NCBI GenBank assembly: GCA_040326155.1
Contig: JBEQLE010000080.1
Location: forward strand, 1 to 17,821
Reading direction: 5' to 3'
From: Leptospirales bacterium
Lineage (GTDB): Bacteria; Spirochaetota; Leptospiria; Turneriellales; JAOUFE01
Length of the DNA stretch: 17,821 nucleotides
The notes under the pieces were generated by a model. It ran no database searches, was not told the origin of the DNA, and was given only the letters and a program-made list of their open reading frames with translations. The position numbers and the translations under genes are program-made. This document shows, in pieces, positions 16,792 to 17,821 of the stretch (its first letter is position 1; each line of letters starts with the position of its first letter).

Positions 16792-17673
16792 TTATTGATG
16801 CATCCAGTTTAAAATACTTGATTTTCTGATGGGCAGACCGGGCATATAATAAAAATTCCAATTTATTATATTTTGTTCTATCAGCTCGTGTTCATAAAAA
16901 GAGACCACCACATTATGAAGTTCTCTTTGGCGATAATAATTGCACATAGTACGGGCTCTCTCGCCCGAAATCATTTCTAAGAAGGGGACGGGATCGTGTA
17001 CATGAAAGTGTAAAACCTTGCTTGAATAATTCCTGGAAAAACTAATGTGGACCCACTCGGATTTTTCCATCAGCCTCATCGCCGAGGGATGTAAAACCTT
17101 ACCGATATTTTTTTGAATAGCCTCTTGCTCATATTCATATCTTTTAACATCCGGATATACTTTGACCACATTTCGTCCGTTGAAATAAAAATCAAAACCA
17201 ATCAATAACTCATCATGCAGTGTTAAACTGCGCAAATCTTTGTTTTCCCCGTATAAATGAATTGCAGTTTCTATTTTTTCAGGATAATCTTCAATTATAA
17301 ACCATATCTTAAGGCGAGAGGATGGTAATTCTTCTCGTATATCCACACCCAATATAAACTGTTTAACTTTGCTCCAATCGAATTGGTCGTTATAAAATTG
17401 GGTAAACAAATCCCGGTTAAATAATATATTATCGTTTCGCGCCATGGTCTCAAATAATACCATCATTTTATTTAATTGTTTTTTCTTATGTGGATTTGGA
17501 AACCAGAGATTAAATCGTTTCGCGTCGACCTTTTGCCCCGACACTTTGCACGAACATTCAATTAGAACTTGTTCCATTTCCTCCTCAAAAGATAAAAATT
17601 CCGATAACGGATAACTATCTTTTGCATCAAAATAATCCAAATGCTCTCGTATGTATAATTTATTTCCGCTCAT
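16792..17673 (-). CDS. LynF/TruF/PatF-family (cyanobactin F-type, ABBA-fold) peptide prenyltransferase
   Basis: Family motifs in order: YIREH..FD...YPL..F, IECSCKV, RF.L.F, FDWSKV, GVDIR...SRLK, DYPEK, LIGFDFYFNG, FYY. Start placed at ATG 17673, because the ORF-track GTG at 17715 lies inside the IS3 inverted repeat. Confidence 0.88.
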   Translation of the reverse strand: MSGNKLYIREHLDYFDAKDSYPLSEFLSFEEEMEQVLIECSCKVSGQKVDAKRFNLWFPNPHKKKQLNKMMVLFETMARNDNILFNRDLFTQFYNDQFDWSKVKQFILGVDIREELPSSRLKIWFIIEDYPEKIETAIHLYGENKDLRSLTLHDELLIGFDFYFNGRNVVKVYPDVKRYEYEQEAIQKNIGKVLHPSAMRLMEKSEWVHISFSRNYSSKVLHFHVHDPVPFLEMISGERARTMCNYYRQRELHNVVVSFYEHELIEQNIINWNFYYMPGLPIRKSSILNWMHQ

Positions 17674-17689
17674 GTTTGTAAAATGGTTA

Positions 17690-17821
17690 TGATATGACCC
17701 CGAAAAAACGGACACACCTACGCAATTAATTTTACAGCATATTGAAATGGACTTCTGTAGCCCAGCTTCGAATGCTTCCTTTTTCTATTGTAGAATACTT
17801 CTATGTAGTCAAACAATTTTC
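17690..17821 (-). mobile_element. Right end of a second IS3-family copy, inverted, continuing beyond the window
   Basis: The reverse complement aligns without gaps to 6514-6645 (about 122/132 identical by eye). Encodes [23 protein letters not shown] and carries the IRR at 17690-17715. Confidence 0.92.

Noticed and set aside
17674..17715. ORF-track N-terminal extension of the prenyltransferase (GTG 17715)
   Set aside because: It lies within the IS3 inverted repeat; family similarity begins only after ATG 17673.

Overview
AT-rich bacterial accessory region. The host is not identifiable from the sequence; the RHS architecture resembles spirochaete/Leptospiraceae-type proteins (inference). Left part (1-6100): the 5' end of a type I R-M methyltransferase (hsdM), a CobC/GpmB-like histidine phosphatase with a degenerate RHG motif, a UPF0158 protein, a secreted ankyrin protein coupled to a beta-helix protein, and a small secreted 12-Cys protein. 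Two families of palindromic intergenic repeats are interspersed. Right part (6123-17821): an ~11 kb block of minus-strand genes between two inverted, ~92%-identical IS3-family right ends. In transcription order it holds a LynF/TruF/PatF-family peptide prenyltransferase and a 2127-aa signal-peptide SpvB/FG-GAP/YD/RHS (TcB-TcC-like) protein whose C-terminal cargo carries a PLA2-like motif set. These are followed by a radical SAM/SPASM enzyme, an antitoxin plus nonsense-inactivated RelE/ParE toxin, an IS21 left-end remnant fused in frame to an aminotransferase tail, and a GNAT acetyltransferase. The most unusual feature is two RiPP-type peptide-modifying enzymes flanking an RHS toxin, with no visible precursor peptide, cyanobactin protease or immunity gene.
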